From the NCBI RefSeq assembly GCF_057098645.1, contig NZ_CM169472.1: a stretch of DNA of 64,000 nucleotides, one strand, 5' to 3'. Below, piece after piece: positions 24,102-38,817 of the stretch. A program made the translations under genes and the position numbers. Below the pieces are notes generated by a model. That model searched no databases, was not told the DNA's origin, and worked only from the letters and a program-made list of their open reading frames with translations. The first letter of the stretch is position 1. The number at the start of each line of letters is the position of its first letter.

Positions 24102-25241
24102 ATGTCAGAATTTTTGCCTTTTTCGCGACCAGCAATGGGCGTGGAGGAACTCGCTGCAGTTAAAGAGGTTCTCGAATCTGGTTGGATCACAACCGGTCCG
24201 AAGAATCACGCGCTTGAACAAGCCTTTTGCCAGTTGACGGGAAATCAGCATGCCATCGCGGTCAGTTCAGCCACCGCCGGAATGCATATCACGCTAATGG
24301 CGTTGGAAATTGGCAAGGGTGATGAAGTGATTACGCCTTCCCTGACCTGGGTTTCAACCCTCAATATGATTTCCTTGTTGGGTGCAACGCCGGTAATGGT
24401 GGATGTCGACCGCGATACGCTGATGGTCACGCCTGAAGCTATCGAGTCAGCCATTACGCCACGCACTAAAGCCATCATTCCGGTGCATTATGCCGGTGCG
24501 CCAGCAGATATTGACGCCATTCGCGCCATTGGCGAACGTTACGGCATCGCAGTTATCGAAGATGCAGCCCATGCCGTCGGTACGTATTACAAAGGGCGAC
24601 ATATTGGCGCAAAAGGTACCGCTATTTTTTCGTTTCACGCCATCAAAAATATTACCTGTGCGGAAGGTGGCCTGATTGTTACTGATAATGAAAACCTTGC
24701 CCGCCAGCTACGGATGCTGAAATTTCACGGTCTGGGTGTCGATGCCTATGACAGACAAACCTGGGGCCGTGCACCGCAGGCTGAAGTCTTAACGCCGGGC
24801 TATAAGTACAATCTGACCGATATTAACGCCGCGATTGCCATGACACAGTTAGCCAAATTAGAGCACCTCAACACCCGTCGGCGCGAAATTGCCCAGCAAT
24901 ATCAGCAAGCACTGGCAGCTCTCCCCTTTCAGCCATTAAGCCTTCCCGCCTGGCCGCACGTTCACGCCTGGCATCTGTTTATTATTCGTGTCGATGAACA
25001 ACGTTGTGGTATCAGTCGCGATGCGTTGATGGAAGCGTTAAAAGAAAGAGGTATTGGTACCGGGTTACATTTCCGCGCCGCTCACACACAAAAATATTAT
25101 CGCGAGCGTTTTCCCACGCTGTCGTTACCGAATACCGAATGGAATAGCGAACGCATCTGTTCGTTGCCGCTGTTCCCGGATATGACTACCGCCGATGCCG
25201 ACCGCGTCATCACAGCCCTTCAGCAACTCGCAGGACAATAA
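24102..25241 (+). CDS. arnB: UDP-4-amino-4-deoxy-L-arabinose--oxoglutarate aminotransferase
   Basis: [44 protein letters not shown]... (DegT/ArnB PLP fold); start 24102 chosen for the GGAAGGA SD; in-frame alternatives at 24084 and 24069. Confidence 0.93.
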   Translation: MSEFLPFSRPAMGVEELAAVKEVLESGWITTGPKNHALEQAFCQLTGNQHAIAVSSATAGMHITLMALEIGKGDEVITPSLTWVSTLNMISLLGATPVMVDVDRDTLMVTPEAIESAITPRTKAIIPVHYAGAPADIDAIRAIGERYGIAVIEDAAHAVGTYYKGRHIGAKGTAIFSFHAIKNITCAEGGLIVTDNENLARQLRMLKFHGLGVDAYDRQTWGRAPQAEVLTPGYKYNLTDINAAIAMTQLAKLEHLNTRRREIAQQYQQALAALPFQPLSLPAWPHVHAWHLFIIRVDEQRCGISRDALMEALKERGIGTGLHFRAAHTQKYYRERFPTLSLPNTEWNSERICSLPLFPDMTTADADRVITALQQLAGQ

Positions 25242-26212
<971 letters not shown>

Positions 26213-26213
<1 letters not shown>

Positions 26214-28195
26214 TGAAAACCGTCGTTTTTGCCTACCACGATATGGGATGCCTCGGTATTGAAGCCCTGCTGGTTGCCGGTTACGAAATTAGCGCCATTT
26301 TTACCCATACTGATAATCCCGGTGAAAAAGCCTTTTATGGTTCGGTGGCTCGTCTGGCGGCGGAAAGAGGCATTCCGGTTTATGCGCCGGATAACGTTAA
26401 TCATCCGCTGTGGGTGGAACGCATTGCCCAACTCTCACCAGAGGTGATTTTCTCTTTTTATTATCGCCATCTTATTTGCGACGAGATTTTGCAGCTCGCT
26501 CCCGCAGGTGCATTTAATCTGCACGGTTCGCTGTTACCAAAATATCGTGGTCGCGCGCCGCTGAACTGGGTGCTGGTGAACGGTGAAACGGAAACGGGCG
26601 TTACATTGCACCGAATGGTGACACGTGCCGATGCCGGGGCCATTGTGGCGCAACTGCGCGTTGCCATTGCGCCAGATGATATCGCCATTACGCTGCATCA
26701 TAAATTGTGCCATGCTGCGCGCCAGCTACTGGAACAGACATTACCCGCCATTAAACACGGTAATATTCTGGAAGTCGCCCAGCGCGAAAACGAAGCCACC
26801 TGTTTTGGTCGCAGAACGCCGGATGACAGTTTCCTCGAATGGTATAAGCCGGCATCCGTACTGCACAACATGGTACGTGCCGTTGCCGATCCGTGGCCGG
26901 GTGCCTTCAGCTATGCTGGCAATCAGAAATTCACCGTCTGGTCGTCGCGTGTTCATCCTCATGCCAGCAAAGCACAGCCGGGGAGCGTGATTTCTGTTGC
27001 GCCGTTGCTGATTGCCTGTGGCGATGGCGCGCTGGAAATCGTCACCGGACAGGCGGGCGACGGCATTACTATGCAGGGCTCGCAATTAGCGCAGACGCTG
27101 GGCCTGGTGCAAGGTTCACGCTTGAATAGCCAGCCTGCCTGTGCCGCCCGACGCCGTACCCGGGTACTCATCCTCGGGGTAAATGGCTTTATTGGCAACC
27201 ATCTGACAGAACGCCTGCTGCGCGAAGATCATTATGAAGTTTACGGTCTGGATATTGGCAGCGATGCGATAAGCCGTTTTCTGAATCATCCGCATTTTCA
27301 CTTTGTCGAAGGCGATATCAGTATTCATTCCGAATGGATTGAGTATCACGTCAAAAAATGTGATGTCGTCTTGCCGCTGGTGGCGATAGCCACGCCGATT
27401 GAATATACCCGCAACCCGCTGCGCGTATTTGAACTCGATTTTGAAGAGAATCTGCGCATTATCCGCTACTGCGTGAAGTACCGTAAGCGAATCATCTTCC
27501 CGTCAACTTCAGAAGTTTATGGGATGTGTAGCGATAAATACTTCGATGAGGACCATTCTAATTTAATCGTCGGCCCGGTGAATAAACCACGCTGGATTTA
27601 TTCGGTATCAAAACAATTACTTGATCGGGTGATCTGGGCCTATGGCGAAAAAGAGGGTTTACAGTTCACCCTCTTCCGCCCGTTTAACTGGATGGGACCA
27701 CGGCTGGATAACCTTAATGCAGCGCGAATTGGCAGCTCCCGCGCTATTACGCAACTCATTCTCAATCTGGTAGAAGGTTCACCGATTAAGCTGATTGATG
27801 GCGGAAAACAAAAACGCTGCTTTACTGATATCCGGGATGGTATCGAGGCGTTGTACCGCATTATCGAAAATGCGGGAAATCGCTGCGACGGCGAAATTAT
27901 CAACATTGGCAATCCTGAGAACGAAGCGAGCATTGAGGAACTGGGCGAGATGCTGCTGGCGAGCTTCGAAAAACATCCGCTGCGCCATCACTTCCCGCCG
28001 TTTGCAGGCTTTCGCGTTGTCGAAAGTAGCAGCTACTACGGCAAAGGATATCAGGATGTAGAGCATCGTAAACCGAGCATCAGCAATGCCCGCCGCTGCC
28101 TGGACTGGGAACCAAAAATTGATATGCAGGAAACCATCGACGAAACGCTGGATTTCTTCCTGCGCACCGTTGATCTTACGGATAAACCATCATGA
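26213..28195 (+). CDS. arnA: Bifunctional UDP-glucuronic acid decarboxylase / UDP-Ara4N formyltransferase
   Basis: 660-aa [65 protein letters not shown]...; start shares one nucleotide with the arnC stop. Confidence 0.96.
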
Positions 28196-29082
28196 CCAAA
28201 GTCGGCTTACGCATTGATGTCGATACCTTTCGTGGCACCCGTGAAGGCGTGCCGCGTCTGCTGGAAATCTTGAGTAAGCATAATATTCAGGCCAGCATTT
28301 TTTTCAGCGTCGGCCCGGACAATATGGGCCGCCATCTCTGGCGACTGGTGAAGCCACAGTTTTTGTGGAAGATGCTGCGCTCAAACGCGACATCGCTTTA
28401 TGGCTGGGATATTTTACTGGCAGGTACGGCCTGGCCAGGTAAAGAGATTGGTCATGCCAATGCCGATATCATTCGTGAAGCGGCTAAACATCACGAAGTC
28501 GGCCTGCACGCCTGGGATCACCATGCCTGGCAAGCCCATAGCGGTAACTGGGATCGGCAAACAATGATCGACGATATTGCACTCGGCCTTCGCACCCTGG
28601 AAGAGATTATCGGTCAACCGGTAACCTGTTCTGCCGCTGCGGGCTGGCGTGCCGACCAGCAGGTGATCGAAGCAAAAGAAGCGTTCCATTTGCGCTACAA
28701 CAGCGATTGTCGTGGGGCCATGCCGTTCCGTCCACTGCTCGAATCAGGAAACCCTGGCACTGCGCAAATTCCGGTGACCTTACCCACCTGGGATGAAGTG
28801 ATTGGTCGGGATGTGAAAGCAGAAGATTTTAACGGTTGGTTACTCAACCGCATCCTGCGAGATAAAGGCACGCCGGTTTATACCATTCATGCAGAAGTTG
28901 AAGGCTGCGCTTATCAGCATAATTTTGTGGATCTCCTCAAACGCGCAGCTCAGGAAGGCGTGACATTTTGCCCTTTAAGCGAACTGTTATCAGAGACGTT
29001 GCCGCTCGGACAAGTTGTTCGCGGAAATATTGCCGGACGTGAAGGCTGGCTGGGTTGCCAACAAATTGCGGGTAGTCGCTGA
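28192..29082 (+). CDS. arnD: 4-deoxy-4-formamido-L-arabinose-phosphoundecaprenol deformylase
   Basis: 296-aa [51 protein letters not shown]... (polysaccharide deacetylase fold); 4-nt overlap with arnA. Confidence 0.94.
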   Translation: MTKVGLRIDVDTFRGTREGVPRLLEILSKHNIQASIFFSVGPDNMGRHLWRLVKPQFLWKMLRSNATSLYGWDILLAGTAWPGKEIGHANADIIREAAKHHEVGLHAWDHHAWQAHSGNWDRQTMIDDIALGLRTLEEIIGQPVTCSAAAGWRADQQVIEAKEAFHLRYNSDCRGAMPFRPLLESGNPGTAQIPVTLPTWDEVIGRDVKAEDFNGWLLNRILRDKGTPVYTIHAEVEGCAYQHNFVDLLKRAAQEGVTFCPLSELLSETLPLGQVVRGNIAGREGWLGCQQIAGSR

Positions 29083-30734
29083 TGAAATCGGTACGTTACC
29101 TTATCGGCCTCTTCGCGTTTATTGCCTGCTATTACCTGTTACCGATCAGCACGCGTCTGCTATGGCAACCCGATGAAACGCGTTATGCGGAAATCAGTCG
29201 AGAAATGCTGGCATCCGGCGACTGGATTGTGCCCCATCTGTTAGGGCTACGTTATTTCGAAAAACCCATTGCCGGATACTGGATTAACAGCATTGGGCAA
29301 TGGCTATTTGGCGCGAATAACTTTGGTGTGCGGGCAGGCGTTATCTTTGCGACCCTGTTAACTGCCGCGCTGGTGACCTGGTTTACTCTGCGCTTATGGC
29401 GCGATAAACGTCTGGCTCTACTCGCCACAGTAATTTATCTCTCATTGTTTATTGTCTATGCCATCGGCACTTATGCCGTGCTCGATCCGTTTATTGCCTT
29501 CTGGCTGGTGGCGGGAATGTGCAGCTTCTGGCTGGCAATGCAGGCACAGTCGTGGAAAGGCAAAAGCGCAGGATTTTTACTGCTGGGAATCACCTGCGGC
29601 ATGGGGGTGATGACCAAAGGTTTTCTCGCCCTTGCCGTGCCGGTATTAAGCGTACTGCCATGGGTAGCGACGCAAAAACGCTGGAAAGATCTCTTTATTT
29701 ACGGCTGGCTGGCGGTTATCAGTTGCGTACTGACGGTTCTCCCCTGGGGACTGGCGATAGCGCAGCGGGAGCCTGACTTCTGGCACTATTTTTTCTGGGT
29801 TGAGCATATTCAACGCTTTGCACTGGATGATGCCCAACATAGAGCTCCGTTCTGGTACTACGTGCCGGTCATCATTGCCGGTAGCCTGCCGTGGCTGGGA
29901 TTACTCCCCGGTGCACTGTACGCAGGCTGGAAAAACCGCAAGCATTCCGCAACCGTCTATTTGTTGAGCTGGACGATAATGCCGCTGCTGTTTTTCTCCG
30001 TCGCTAAAGGTAAATTGCCCACCTATATTCTTTCCTGCTTTGCACCTCTGGCAATGCTGATGGCGCATTACGCTTTGCTGGCAGCAAAAAATAATCCTCT
30101 GGCGTTGCGGATTAATGGCTGGATTAACATCGCTTTTGGCGTCACTGGCATTATTGCCACATTTGTGGTCTCCCCCTGGGGACCAATGAACACGCCGGTG
30201 TGGCAAACCTTCGAGAGCTATAAAGTCTTTTGTGCCTGGTCGATTTTTTCGCTATGGGCATTTTTCGGCTGGTACACCTTAACAAACGTCGAAAAGACCT
30301 GGTCTTTTGCCGCGCTTTGCCCGCTGGGGCTGGCGTTGCTGGTAGGATTTTCAATTCCTGACAGAGTCATGGAAGGAAAACATCCGCAATTTTTTGTCGA
30401 GATGACACAAGAATCACTTCAGCCAAGCCGCTATATTCTTACTGATAGCGTCGGTGTTGCCGCAGGTCTGGCATGGAGCCTGCAACGCGATGACATCATC
30501 ATGTATCGCCAGACAGGTGAGTTGAAATACGGCCTTAATTATCCGGATGCGAAAGGGAGATTTGTCAGCGGTGATGAGTTCGCAAACTGGCTTAATCAAC
30601 ATCGTCAGGAGGGGATTATTACACTCGTGCTTTCGATTGACCGCGATGAAGATATCAACAGTCTCGCCATTCCGCCCGCAGATGCCATCGATCGTCAGGA
30701 GCGTCTGGTGCTGATTCAGTATCGTCCCAAATGA
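29082..30734 (+). CDS. arnT: Undecaprenyl phosphate-alpha-Ara4N:lipid A arabinosyltransferase
   Basis: 550-aa polytopic membrane protein [53 protein letters not shown]... Confidence 0.95.
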   Translation: MKSVRYLIGLFAFIACYYLLPISTRLLWQPDETRYAEISREMLASGDWIVPHLLGLRYFEKPIAGYWINSIGQWLFGANNFGVRAGVIFATLLTAALVTWFTLRLWRDKRLALLATVIYLSLFIVYAIGTYAVLDPFIAFWLVAGMCSFWLAMQAQSWKGKSAGFLLLGITCGMGVMTKGFLALAVPVLSVLPWVATQKRWKDLFIYGWLAVISCVLTVLPWGLAIAQREPDFWHYFFWVEHIQRFALDDAQHRAPFWYYVPVIIAGSLPWLGLLPGALYAGWKNRKHSATVYLLSWTIMPLLFFSVAKGKLPTYILSCFAPLAMLMAHYALLAAKNNPLALRINGWINIAFGVTGIIATFVVSPWGPMNTPVWQTFESYKVFCAWSIFSLWAFFGWYTLTNVEKTWSFAALCPLGLALLVGFSIPDRVMEGKHPQFFVEMTQESLQPSRYILTDSVGVAAGLAWSLQRDDIIMYRQTGELKYGLNYPDAKGRFVSGDEFANWLNQHRQEGIITLVLSIDRDEDINSLAIPPADAIDRQERLVLIQYRPK

Positions 30735-31066
30735 TCTGGCTAACATTAGTCTTTGCCAGCTTGCTTAGCGTTGCCGGGCAGTTGTGTCAGAAACAGGCAA
30801 CCTGCTTTGTGGCGATAAACAAACGGCGCAAACATATCGCGCTGTGGCTGGGACTGGCGCTGGCTTGTCTTGGTCTTGCCATGGTGCTCTGGCTGCTGGT
30901 CTTGCAGAACGTACCGGTAGGCATTGCCTACCCGATGTTAAGTCTGAATTTTGTCTGGGTGACGCTGGCTGCAGTAAAACTGTGGCACGAACCGGTATCG
31001 CCGCGTCACTGGTGTGGGGTGGCGTTCATTATTGGTGGCATTGTGATCCTCGGGAGTACGGTGTAA
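30731..31066 (+). CDS. arnE: Undecaprenyl phosphate-Ara4N flippase subunit ArnE (SMR-like)
   Basis: 111-aa four-[73 protein letters not shown]...; 4-nt overlap with arnT. Confidence 0.9.
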   Translation: MIWLTLVFASLLSVAGQLCQKQATCFVAINKRRKHIALWLGLALACLGLAMVLWLLVLQNVPVGIAYPMLSLNFVWVTLAAVKLWHEPVSPRHWCGVAFIIGGIVILGSTV

Positions 31067-31452
31067 TGGGCCTGATGTGGGGATTATTCAGCGTCATTAT
31101 TGCCTCAGTTGCGCAATTAAGCCTGGGTTTTGCGGCGAGTCATCTGCCGCCGATGACGCACTTATGGGATTTTATCGCGGCTCTGTTAGCTTTTGGGCTG
31201 GATGCCCGGATACTGTTACTCGGGCTGCTGGGTTATCTGCTTTCCGTTTTTTGTTGGTATAAAACACTACATAAACTTGCGCTAAGCAAAGCCTATGCCT
31301 TGCTCAGTATGAGTTATGTGCTGGTATGGATTGCTTCAATGGTACTTCCCGGCTGGGAAGGGACTTTTTCGCTGAAAGCACTACTGGGAGTAGCCTGTAT
31401 TATGAGCGGGTTGATGCTGATTTTCCTGCCCACGACAAAACAACGTTACTGA
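31066..31452 (+). CDS. arnF: Undecaprenyl phosphate-Ara4N flippase subunit ArnF (SMR-like)
   Basis: ATG at 31066 shares one nucleotide with the arnE stop (TAATG); [36 protein letters not shown]..., 128 aa; the ORF-track call from 30784 overlaps arnE out of frame. Confidence 0.88.
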   Translation: MGLMWGLFSVIIASVAQLSLGFAASHLPPMTHLWDFIAALLAFGLDARILLLGLLGYLLSVFCWYKTLHKLALSKAYALLSMSYVLVWIASMVLPGWEGTFSLKALLGVACIMSGLMLIFLPTTKQRY

Positions 31453-31712
31453 GTTTTCCCTGCCGCTGTACACTGCCGTTCCCACTCATCGGGGCTATAA
31501 CAGCTTGCAGAGAGGACTTTCACCGTATGCAGCTTTTCACGATTAATACAATAAAGCGCATTCTGCAAAGGCGAGAGTAAATCCCCCACTTTCACGGCGA
31601 AGTCACTCTTCACTTCGGCGATCATTTTTATCGCGCCGCCAGCATCGCAGAGCATAAGTACATGTCTGTTATCTTGTTTATTGCAGCACGATTTTTTGAC
31701 CAGCCATTCCAT
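31446..31712 (-). CDS. pmrD: PhoPQ-PmrAB connector protein PmrD
   Basis: Start at [70 protein letters not shown]..., 88 aa; 3' end overlaps the arnF 3' end by 7 nt. Confidence 0.9.
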   Translation of the reverse strand: MEWLVKKSCCNKQDNRHVLMLCDAGGAIKMIAEVKSDFAVKVGDLLSPLQNALYCINREKLHTVKVLSASCYSPDEWERQCTAAGKTQ

Positions 31713-31821
31713 TGCATTATCCTGTTTGATAAGAGTTTTCACATCAATTTACAGATTAACAGATAAACCTATTATCAACGGCAATGGAATGGCAGAAATG
31801 AGAAGTGAAACGGAGGGTTAA

Positions 31822-33177
31822 TTATTGCTGACGTTGCACCCACTCTTTTAGCACCTGACGTGAAATTTTAATACCGCCGTTTTTCAGTTCAGGCGGCAAC
31901 GTTAACCAACGCACCGGTTGCTGAAAACGGGCCAGCTTATCTTTCACCCATTCACTAAGATCAACGCTCTCGTGGTCATACTCCATCACCGCCACCGCTC
32001 GATGACCAAACTCCTTGTCGGCAACGGGGACGATAAACACCTGCAAAACCGCAGGATGTGCAGCAATTACGCGCTCGACTTCTTCCGGCTGAATACCCTC
32101 TCCGCCACTGAAGAATAGATTGTCTAAACGTCCGACAATGGTCAGCTTGCCATTATGCATCTCACCGCGATCGCGCGTAGCGTACCAGCCTTCGTCATTA
32201 ACCAGTGAAACCAGTTGCCCGTTACGCCAGTAACCTTCTGCCATACTGGCAGCCCGCAGCCACACTTCATTATTAACGATTTTCACTTCCCGACCCGGCA
32301 GCGGCGAACCAACGTCTGCCAGGCCGTCGGCTTCTTTCGCACACACCGTGGAGGCAAACTCGGTCAGACCATAGCCGCAAAAGCAACGAATCCCCTGCTC
32401 GCGTGCCTGTTCCGTCAACTCGACCGGGATAGCCGCGCCGCCAAGTAACACCGCTTTCAGGGAAACGGAACTGCGGTTAACCAGCAAACGCCAGAGTTGT
32501 GTTGGCACCAGTGAAGCGTGAGTACAGCCTGCCAGCATTTGCTCCAATGGCTGTTTATCACGCACCGTCATCCGCGCACCAGCGTATAACCAGCGCCACA
32601 TAATTCCCTGACCGGAGACGTGAAACAGCGGTAAAGAGAGCAACCAGTCATCGTGATCGCCAAACGGAATCAACGATAACACCCCTTCGGCACTGGCAAG
32701 ATGGGCCTGATAAGTATGGACAGCGGCTTTCGGCAACCCGGTAGAACCCGAGGTCAACGTCATTGAGCACAGACGCGTCGGCTGCCACGTAGCGACATGT
32801 GCGCCTTCAACCCGCTGAATGTGCAGCGACGTTAATGCCGGAAACGTGTTTTCCCCATCCGGCACCAGCGCAAATTGCAGCGTCAGATTGGGCAGCAATT
32901 CTTCAAGCAACGGTTGCGGCAGCTGAGGGTTCACGGGCAACACCCGCGCCCCGCATTGCAGTAACGCCAGCCAGGCGAGCAGCGTTTGCGGCGTATTCCA
33001 CGCCCGCAACATCACGCCGCTGCCCTCAACCACACCCTGCACCGCAAAACCGGAGGCTAATTCATCGACGCGAGCACAAAGCTCGCGCCAGTTGAGTTGC
33101 TCGTCATTAAGACGTAAGGCGATGGTTTCTCCCCGCATTTGCCGCCAGTGACGCCACGGCCAGTCAGAGAAGATCAT
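31822..33177 (-). CDS. menE: o-Succinylbenzoate--CoA ligase
   Basis: 451-aa adenylate-forming enzyme [44 protein letters not shown]...; last gene of the men cluster. Confidence 0.94.
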   Translation of the reverse strand: MIFSDWPWRHWRQMRGETIALRLNDEQLNWRELCARVDELASGFAVQGVVEGSGVMLRAWNTPQTLLAWLALLQCGARVLPVNPQLPQPLLEELLPNLTLQFALVPDGENTFPALTSLHIQRVEGAHVATWQPTRLCSMTLTSGSTGLPKAAVHTYQAHLASAEGVLSLIPFGDHDDWLLSLPLFHVSGQGIMWRWLYAGARMTVRDKQPLEQMLAGCTHASLVPTQLWRLLVNRSSVSLKAVLLGGAAIPVELTEQAREQGIRCFCGYGLTEFASTVCAKEADGLADVGSPLPGREVKIVNNEVWLRAASMAEGYWRNGQLVSLVNDEGWYATRDRGEMHNGKLTIVGRLDNLFFSGGEGIQPEEVERVIAAHPAVLQVFIVPVADKEFGHRAVAVMEYDHESVDLSEWVKDKLARFQQPVRWLTLPPELKNGGIKISRQVLKEWVQRQQ

Positions 33178-34136
33178 AACAACCGCTCCAGTGCATCAAC
33201 TTCCACGACAGGCAGCGTGCTACCCGGCCAGCGACGTACCTGCTGCGCCTGCATCAGATCCAGCGTGTCCAGCCCTGGAATGGTGTCCGGCGTTAACCAG
33301 GCGGCAATCCGCGCCAGTTGCGTTAAGCCTAAGCTCGATTCAATGGAAGAACTGATCACCGCCGTCAGCCCCAGCGCGTGCGCCGCCTGTACCTGCTCGC
33401 GTACTTTTTCCAGACTGCCCGTGAGCGTGGGTTTGATAACTACCGCGCGCACGCCCTCTTCAGCCACAAAGGCAAAATCCGGCTCGCGCAGGCTTTCATC
33501 CCAGGCAATGGCAATGCCGGTTTCACGGGCAAACGCTCGCGAATCATCGCGGGTTTTGCACGGCTCTTCGAGAAACGCGATGCGGTCGCGATAATCCGGG
33601 TTAACGTATTTGGCAAACTGCTGACCTTTCAGCGGTGTCCAGGCGCGATTTGCGTCAAGACGCAAACGCAGATCCGGAATTGCCTCCAGCAACAGATTCA
33701 CCACCATGCCGTCGCGCACCGCTTCGTACAATCCCACTTTGACCTTCGCCACTTTCTCGCCTGGCATATCTGCAAGTTTGAGGATCAGATCGTCCGGATC
33801 GCCATTACACAGCGGTGCCGCACGGTAGTTGGCTGCTTGCGGCAACGTATCTGTCAGTTCTGCCAATGCACAGCTTACGCCAAAGGCCACGGAAGGCATC
33901 TGCGGTAGCTCGCAATCGCCTGCCAGCCAGTTATTTACCCAGGCAAGCAGCACACTTTGCGCCTCTTCCCAGGTTTCCTGACTGAAGCCCGGCAGTGGGG
34001 AGATCTCCCCCCACCCTTCGCGCTCGCCTTCACGCAGGCAAACATACAGCCCGTCGCGGGTTTTTAACCGCCTGTCGCGCAGAACCACCCCCGCGTCCAT
34101 GGGGATCTGCCAGCGGTATACCTGCGCGCTACGCAT
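33174..34136 (-). CDS. menC: o-Succinylbenzoate synthase (enolase superfamily)
   Basis: 320-aa [63 protein letters not shown]... Confidence 0.94.
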   Translation of the reverse strand: MRSAQVYRWQIPMDAGVVLRDRRLKTRDGLYVCLREGEREGWGEISPLPGFSQETWEEAQSVLLAWVNNWLAGDCELPQMPSVAFGVSCALAELTDTLPQAANYRAAPLCNGDPDDLILKLADMPGEKVAKVKVGLYEAVRDGMVVNLLLEAIPDLRLRLDANRAWTPLKGQQFAKYVNPDYRDRIAFLEEPCKTRDDSRAFARETGIAIAWDESLREPDFAFVAEEGVRAVVIKPTLTGSLEKVREQVQAAHALGLTAVISSSIESSLGLTQLARIAAWLTPDTIPGLDTLDLMQAQQVRRWPGSTLPVVEVDALERLL

Positions 34137-34993
34137 TACGGATTCCGTTTGAATTTGCTGAAGTCAGGCTGACGTTTCTGGTTGAAGGCGTTGCGACCTT
34201 CCTGACCTTCTTCCGTCATGTAGAACAGCATGGTGGCGTTGCCCGCCAGCTCCTGCAGCCCCGCCTGCCCGTCACAGTCGGCGTTCAGCGCAGCTTTCAG
34301 GCAACGCAGCGCCATCGGGCTGTTTTGCAGCATTTCACGGCACCAACGGACGGTTTCTTTTTCCAGATCCGCCAGCGGTACCACGGTGTTGACAAGGCCC
34401 ATATCCAGCGCCTGTTTTGCGTCGTACTGACGGCACAGGAACCAGATTTCACGCGCTTTTTTCTGCCCGACGATACGAGCCATGTAGGAAGCGCCCCAGC
34501 CGCCGTCGAAGGAACCGACTTTCGGGCCAGTCTGACCAAAGATGGCATTATCTGCCGCGATAGTCAGGTCGCACATCATGTGCAGAACGTGACCACCGCC
34601 GATGGAGTAGCCAGCCACCATCGCGACAACCGGTTTCGGACAGGTACGGATCTGACGCTGGAAGTCCAGCACGTTCAGGTGATGTACGCCGGAATCATCT
34701 TTATAGCCGCCGTAATCACCACGCACTTTCTGGTCACCACCGGAGCAGAACGCTTTATCGCCTGCGCCAGTCAGAATGATCACGCCGATATTGTCGTCAT
34801 AACGCGCATCTGCCAGTGCCTGGATCATCTCTTTTACCGTCAGAGGACGGAAGGCATTGCGCACCTGCGGACGATTAATGGTGATTTTTGCGATACCGTC
34901 GGTGGATTTTTCATAACGAATGTCCTCGAAACCTTCGGAGCAGTCGTGCCATTCAACCGGTGCGTAAAGCATTGCTTCATCAGGATAAATCAT
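34136..34993 (-). CDS. menB: 1,4-dihydroxy-2-naphthoyl-CoA synthase (crotonase fold)
   Basis: 285-aa [59 protein letters not shown]... Confidence 0.95.
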
Positions 34994-35007
34994 ATTGTGT
35001 CCTTTAG

Positions 35008-35766
35008 TCAGAAACGCAAGATCTGCGCCAGACTTGCGATTACGCCAGCGGGATTTTCCCGATGCGCGTTATGTCCGGCGCGAGGAATGACATGGCAGTC
35101 GGCAGCCAGTTCCGCCGCCAGGGCGCGGAATTTGCTGTCACGTTCACCACATAAATAATAAAACGCAAATGTGCGGGCGCTAAGGTTAGCACGTAAATCA
35201 GGCTGAACGGCGAGAGAAGTCGCCTCCAGCATGGCGGCAAGGGTTGCGCCATTATTGTTGCTGCGCAGCGCCACCAGCTCCCGGCGTTGATCGTCATTGA
35301 GCGAGGCAAAAACAGGCTGTTGATACCAGTCGGTAAACACCGCCGTTAACGGTTCTGAGCGAAAACGCTGCGCCCATTGGCGATCGGAACGCTGACGTTC
35401 CGCACGTTGTTCAGCATTTTGCAGCCCCGGATGCCCACCTTCGACAATAACCCCACAAAGCCCCGCCAGCCCCTGGCAAGCCGCCATCATCGCCACCCGT
35501 CCACCAAGTGAGTATCCCGCCAACCAGAAGTTAAGGATGTTGTAACTAACCAGGGTTTTACGCAGTAAGTCAGTGACATCATCAAATCCATCGACTCTAA
35601 TCGCCGCCGAACCACCGTGACCTGGGAGATCAACATACAACCGTGAGTAGTCGGCAAACGCCTCGCCTACTTCTTGCCATTCGTGGCAATCGCCGGAAAA
35701 ACCGTGCAAAAACACCAGCCAGGGTAAACCTGGTTTGCCGTGTTTTGCCTGCGCGTGCAGGATCAT
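35008..35766 (-). CDS. menH: SHCHC synthase (alpha/beta hydrolase)
   Basis: 252-aa [56 protein letters not shown]... Confidence 0.92.
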
Positions 35767-37433
35767 AAATGGCTTACCTGCGCCAGAAGTTGCTGGAGCG
35801 TTTGCGCACCATCGGTGTCGTTAACCACCATTTCAATCACCGTGGTGGTTGGCGTGCGCCAGGCGTCAGCAAGCGCCGTTTCAAGTTCCTGCCAGTTTTG
35901 CGGACGATGATATTTCAGCTCGAACATCGCGGCGGCGTGCTCAAAATGGACGTTTTGCGGCATCAGATAGAAACGCTCGCGCTCGCTTTGCGGCGTTGGC
36001 AACAGCGAGAAAATTTGCCCGCCGTTGTTGTTCACCACAATTAATACCAGCGGCGCGGAAACCTGGCGCAATAACGCCAGCGCATTCAGGTCGTAAAGTG
36101 CGGAGAGATCGCCCACAATCGCCAGCGTCGGTTTGCCGCTTGCCCGCTGAACGCCAGCGGCAGTCGAGAGCAGCCCGTCGATACCGCTGGCCCCACGGTT
36201 GCTGTACACCGGGTAACCTGCCGGAAGTTGCGAAAGCGCATCAATCAGACGTACCACCAGGCTGTTACCGACAAACAATTGCCCCTGTTCAGGCAGATAG
36301 TCGCAGATGCGATGCGCCAGTTGTGCTTCGCCAAACGCATCGCGACGGGCAATAACCGCCTGCATTGCCTGTTCCGCCAGGCGCGGAATTTCAACGCACC
36401 AGGGCTGGCGTTTTTCTGCCGGATGCAGTTCCAGCCAGTCGGCAATATTGGCAATTAACCGACGCCCGCGATGGTGCGCCGGATCAAGCCGCCCTTCGAT
36501 GTCATCCACAATCCAGTACTCTTCGGGTTCACAGCTTGCCTGCCATTGCAGGAGCCGTTTGCCCGTCAGGCTGCTTCCCAGTTGCACCACAATTTGCGCC
36601 TGTTGCAGTTCGCTGGTCGCTTTGGCATTGCCTAACCAGAGATCGGCACACGGCAGCGGCTGTCCGGTTTGCGACAGCACGTCGCCAATCAGCGGCCAGC
36701 CAAGAGTTTGCGCCCACAGTGCAACTTTTTTGCCCTCTTCCGCACTCATGCGCCCGGCAACCACCACGCCGCGCTTTTGCCGCCAGAAGAACCAGTCGCG
36801 CTGTTTTTCGCTCTCAAGACGAGGCGCTTCACGCAGCCACGGCTTATCATCCTGCCACCAGTCACCCAGACGCTGTTGCCAGCTAAGCCCAGTGTCGTCC
36901 ATCTCGCCATACAGCGGTTCAGCAAACGGGCAGTTGATATGGACCCCACCAGCATGAAGCGTACCGAGAGCATGGTCGATGGTAGAAACCAGCCAACGTG
37001 CGGGGATATCCTGGGTCGGGCGCGGCAGTGAAATACTGTGCGTGGGGTGAGAGGCGAACATTCCCGGCTGACGAATCGCCTGATTCGCGCCGCAGTCAAT
37101 TAGCTCCGGCGGGCGATCGGCGGTTAAGAGAATCAGTTTTTCTCCGGTTAACCCGGCTTCAATCAGTGCCGGATAGAGATTTGCCACCGCCGTACCGGAG
37201 GTGACAATCACCGCCACCGGCTGCTTGCTGACTTTCGCCAGCCCCAGCGCCAGATGCCCCAGTCCACGCTCATCGAAATGGGTGTGGTGAATGAATGCGG
37301 AATTCTCCGCCGCCGCTAACGTTAACGGTGTAGAACGCGAGCCAGGGGCGATACAGATGTGTCTTACGCCGTGACGCGTTAATGCTTCCAGAATGACCGC
37401 CGCCCAGCGTCGGTTAAATGCGCTTACTGACAT
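35763..37433 (-). CDS. menD: SEPHCHC synthase (ThDP-dependent)
   Basis: Start at [64 protein letters not shown]..., 556 aa; the ORF-track call from 37784 is an upstream in-frame extension. Confidence 0.93.
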   Translation of the reverse strand: MSVSAFNRRWAAVILEALTRHGVRHICIAPGSRSTPLTLAAAENSAFIHHTHFDERGLGHLALGLAKVSKQPVAVIVTSGTAVANLYPALIEAGLTGEKLILLTADRPPELIDCGANQAIRQPGMFASHPTHSISLPRPTQDIPARWLVSTIDHALGTLHAGGVHINCPFAEPLYGEMDDTGLSWQQRLGDWWQDDKPWLREAPRLESEKQRDWFFWRQKRGVVVAGRMSAEEGKKVALWAQTLGWPLIGDVLSQTGQPLPCADLWLGNAKATSELQQAQIVVQLGSSLTGKRLLQWQASCEPEEYWIVDDIEGRLDPAHHRGRRLIANIADWLELHPAEKRQPWCVEIPRLAEQAMQAVIARRDAFGEAQLAHRICDYLPEQGQLFVGNSLVVRLIDALSQLPAGYPVYSNRGASGIDGLLSTAAGVQRASGKPTLAIVGDLSALYDLNALALLRQVSAPLVLIVVNNNGGQIFSLLPTPQSERERFYLMPQNVHFEHAAAMFELKYHRPQNWQELETALADAWRTPTTTVIEMVVNDTDGAQTLQQLLAQVSHL

Positions 37434-37521
37434 GAGTTTGTCCGGTATCAATATTGCGGCTAAGTATAAGGAGCTACAAAAATAGATTATTGATATGAAT
37501 CGGTAATGATGCGACTCATTA

Positions 37522-38817
37522 CTATTCCATTTGTAATAAAGTACGCAGCCCTGCCGCTTTGTTGTCGATTTCCTGCCACTCTTGCTCGGGGTCGGAACCA
37601 CGGACAATGCCCGCGCCAGCATATAATCGCACGACATTGCCGCTAATTTTTGCTGAGCGCAGGGAAACGCAGAATTCGCTTTGTTGTAATGAGAGATAGC
37701 CCGCAGAACCAGCGTACCATTCTCGGGTGAACGGTTCGTGACGGGCGATAAACTGTCGCGCCAGATCGCGCGGTAAACCAGCAACTGCTGCCGTTGGCTG
37801 CAACTGATGTAAACAGATCACATCATCCGCTTTGTTGAGTGAAGTCCAGATACAGCGGCGAAGATGCTGTACTTTACGCAGACGCAGTACCTGCGGCGGT
37901 AAAACATCCAGCGTCTGGGTATCGGCCTGTAATCGTTGGCAGATATCTTCCACCACCAGCATGTTCTCGCGCTGGTTTTTATCATCCGCCATCAGCCACT
38001 CTCCTAACTGCTGCGCCTGCTTATCATCAGGATGATTTGCTACTGTTCCCGCCAGCGCTTCAGTACGCAGCGCTTTGTCACGCCGCCGCCATAACCGTTC
38101 CGGTGAAGAGCCAAGAAAAGCATTTTCGCCATCAAAGGCCATGTAAAAATGGTAGCAATTGAGATTCAGTCGACGACTGGCCGCCATCATCGCCGCCGCA
38201 TTGACCGGACTTGCGAAATGCAGGTCAGTTGCCCGAGCAAGCACCACTTTGTCGAGCTCACCTTCGGCGATGGTTTTCGTTGCCAGTTCGATTAATTGCG
38301 TCCAGCCCGTTTTGTCCGGCCAGTGTTGTTCTCGCGTAGTGGTTAAATGTAACCCAGGCAAGGGCTTGATACTCACCAGTGTGGCGATAAATTCTCTTGC
38401 CTTAATCGCATCGTGCTGAAGGGAGCTTTCGCTGAATAGCGTCAGCCGCAGCGTGGCTTTACCGCCACAGCGTCGCCATTCCAGGCGTGGTAAAAGTAAA
38501 TTGCCCTGCGACGGGTCAAACGCATTCAGCCCCCAAATGCGTAAGTCGGCGTGTTCCGGGTGCTGGCGAAGAAAACGTTGTGCCTGGTCCAACGACGTAA
38601 AACGGGTAATCGCGCCCAGGACGGCAGCTTCTTCATCACCATTACGTTGTTGCCAGTAGAATTGCGGGTACGTTTGCTGACTGGCCAGCCAGCTCAAGGC
38701 ATCAAAAGCGTCTTTGAGAGGGAAAGGAATATCGATAACCCGAATGCCGGGTGTCGCCGGAATCTCTTGCGACAAATGGCGCAGTAGATTTTCCAGCGCC
38801 GTAGTAAGTGATTGCAC
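37522..38817 (-). CDS. menF: Menaquinone-specific isochorismate synthase
   Basis: 431-aa [66 protein letters not shown]... Confidence 0.94.
   Translation of the reverse strand: MQSLTTALENLLRHLSQEIPATPGIRVIDIPFPLKDAFDALSWLASQQTYPQFYWQQRNGDEEAAVLGAITRFTSLDQAQRFLRQHPEHADLRIWGLNAFDPSQGNLLLPRLEWRRCGGKATLRLTLFSESSLQHDAIKAREFIATLVSIKPLPGLHLTTTREQHWPDKTGWTQLIELATKTIAEGELDKVVLARATDLHFASPVNAAAMMAASRRLNLNCYHFYMAFDGENAFLGSSPERLWRRRDKALRTEALAGTVANHPDDKQAQQLGEWLMADDKNQRENMLVVEDICQRLQADTQTLDVLPPQVLRLRKVQHLRRCIWTSLNKADDVICLHQLQPTAAVAGLPRDLARQFIARHEPFTREWYAGSAGYLSLQQSEFCVSLRSAKISGNVVRLYAGAGIVRGSDPEQEWQEIDNKAAGLRTLLQME

Noticed and set aside
31713-31821. PhoP box upstream of pmrD
   Set aside because: Looked for (T/G)GTTTA-N5-(T/G)GTTTA on the pmrD strand; only a partial match (GGTTTATCTGTTAATCT) found, too weak to report
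33995-35158. 387-aa ORF antisense to menC/menB, and similar antisense ORFs 35849-36957 opposite menD
   Set aside because: Arg/Pro/Ala-rich translations typical of the antisense strand of GC-rich genes; the sense-strand men proteins are unambiguous
37434-37784. Upstream extension of menD (673-aa ORF call) overlapping menF
   Set aside because: The recognised MenD N-terminus begins at [10 protein letters not shown] (start 37433); the extension would overlap menF by >250 bp
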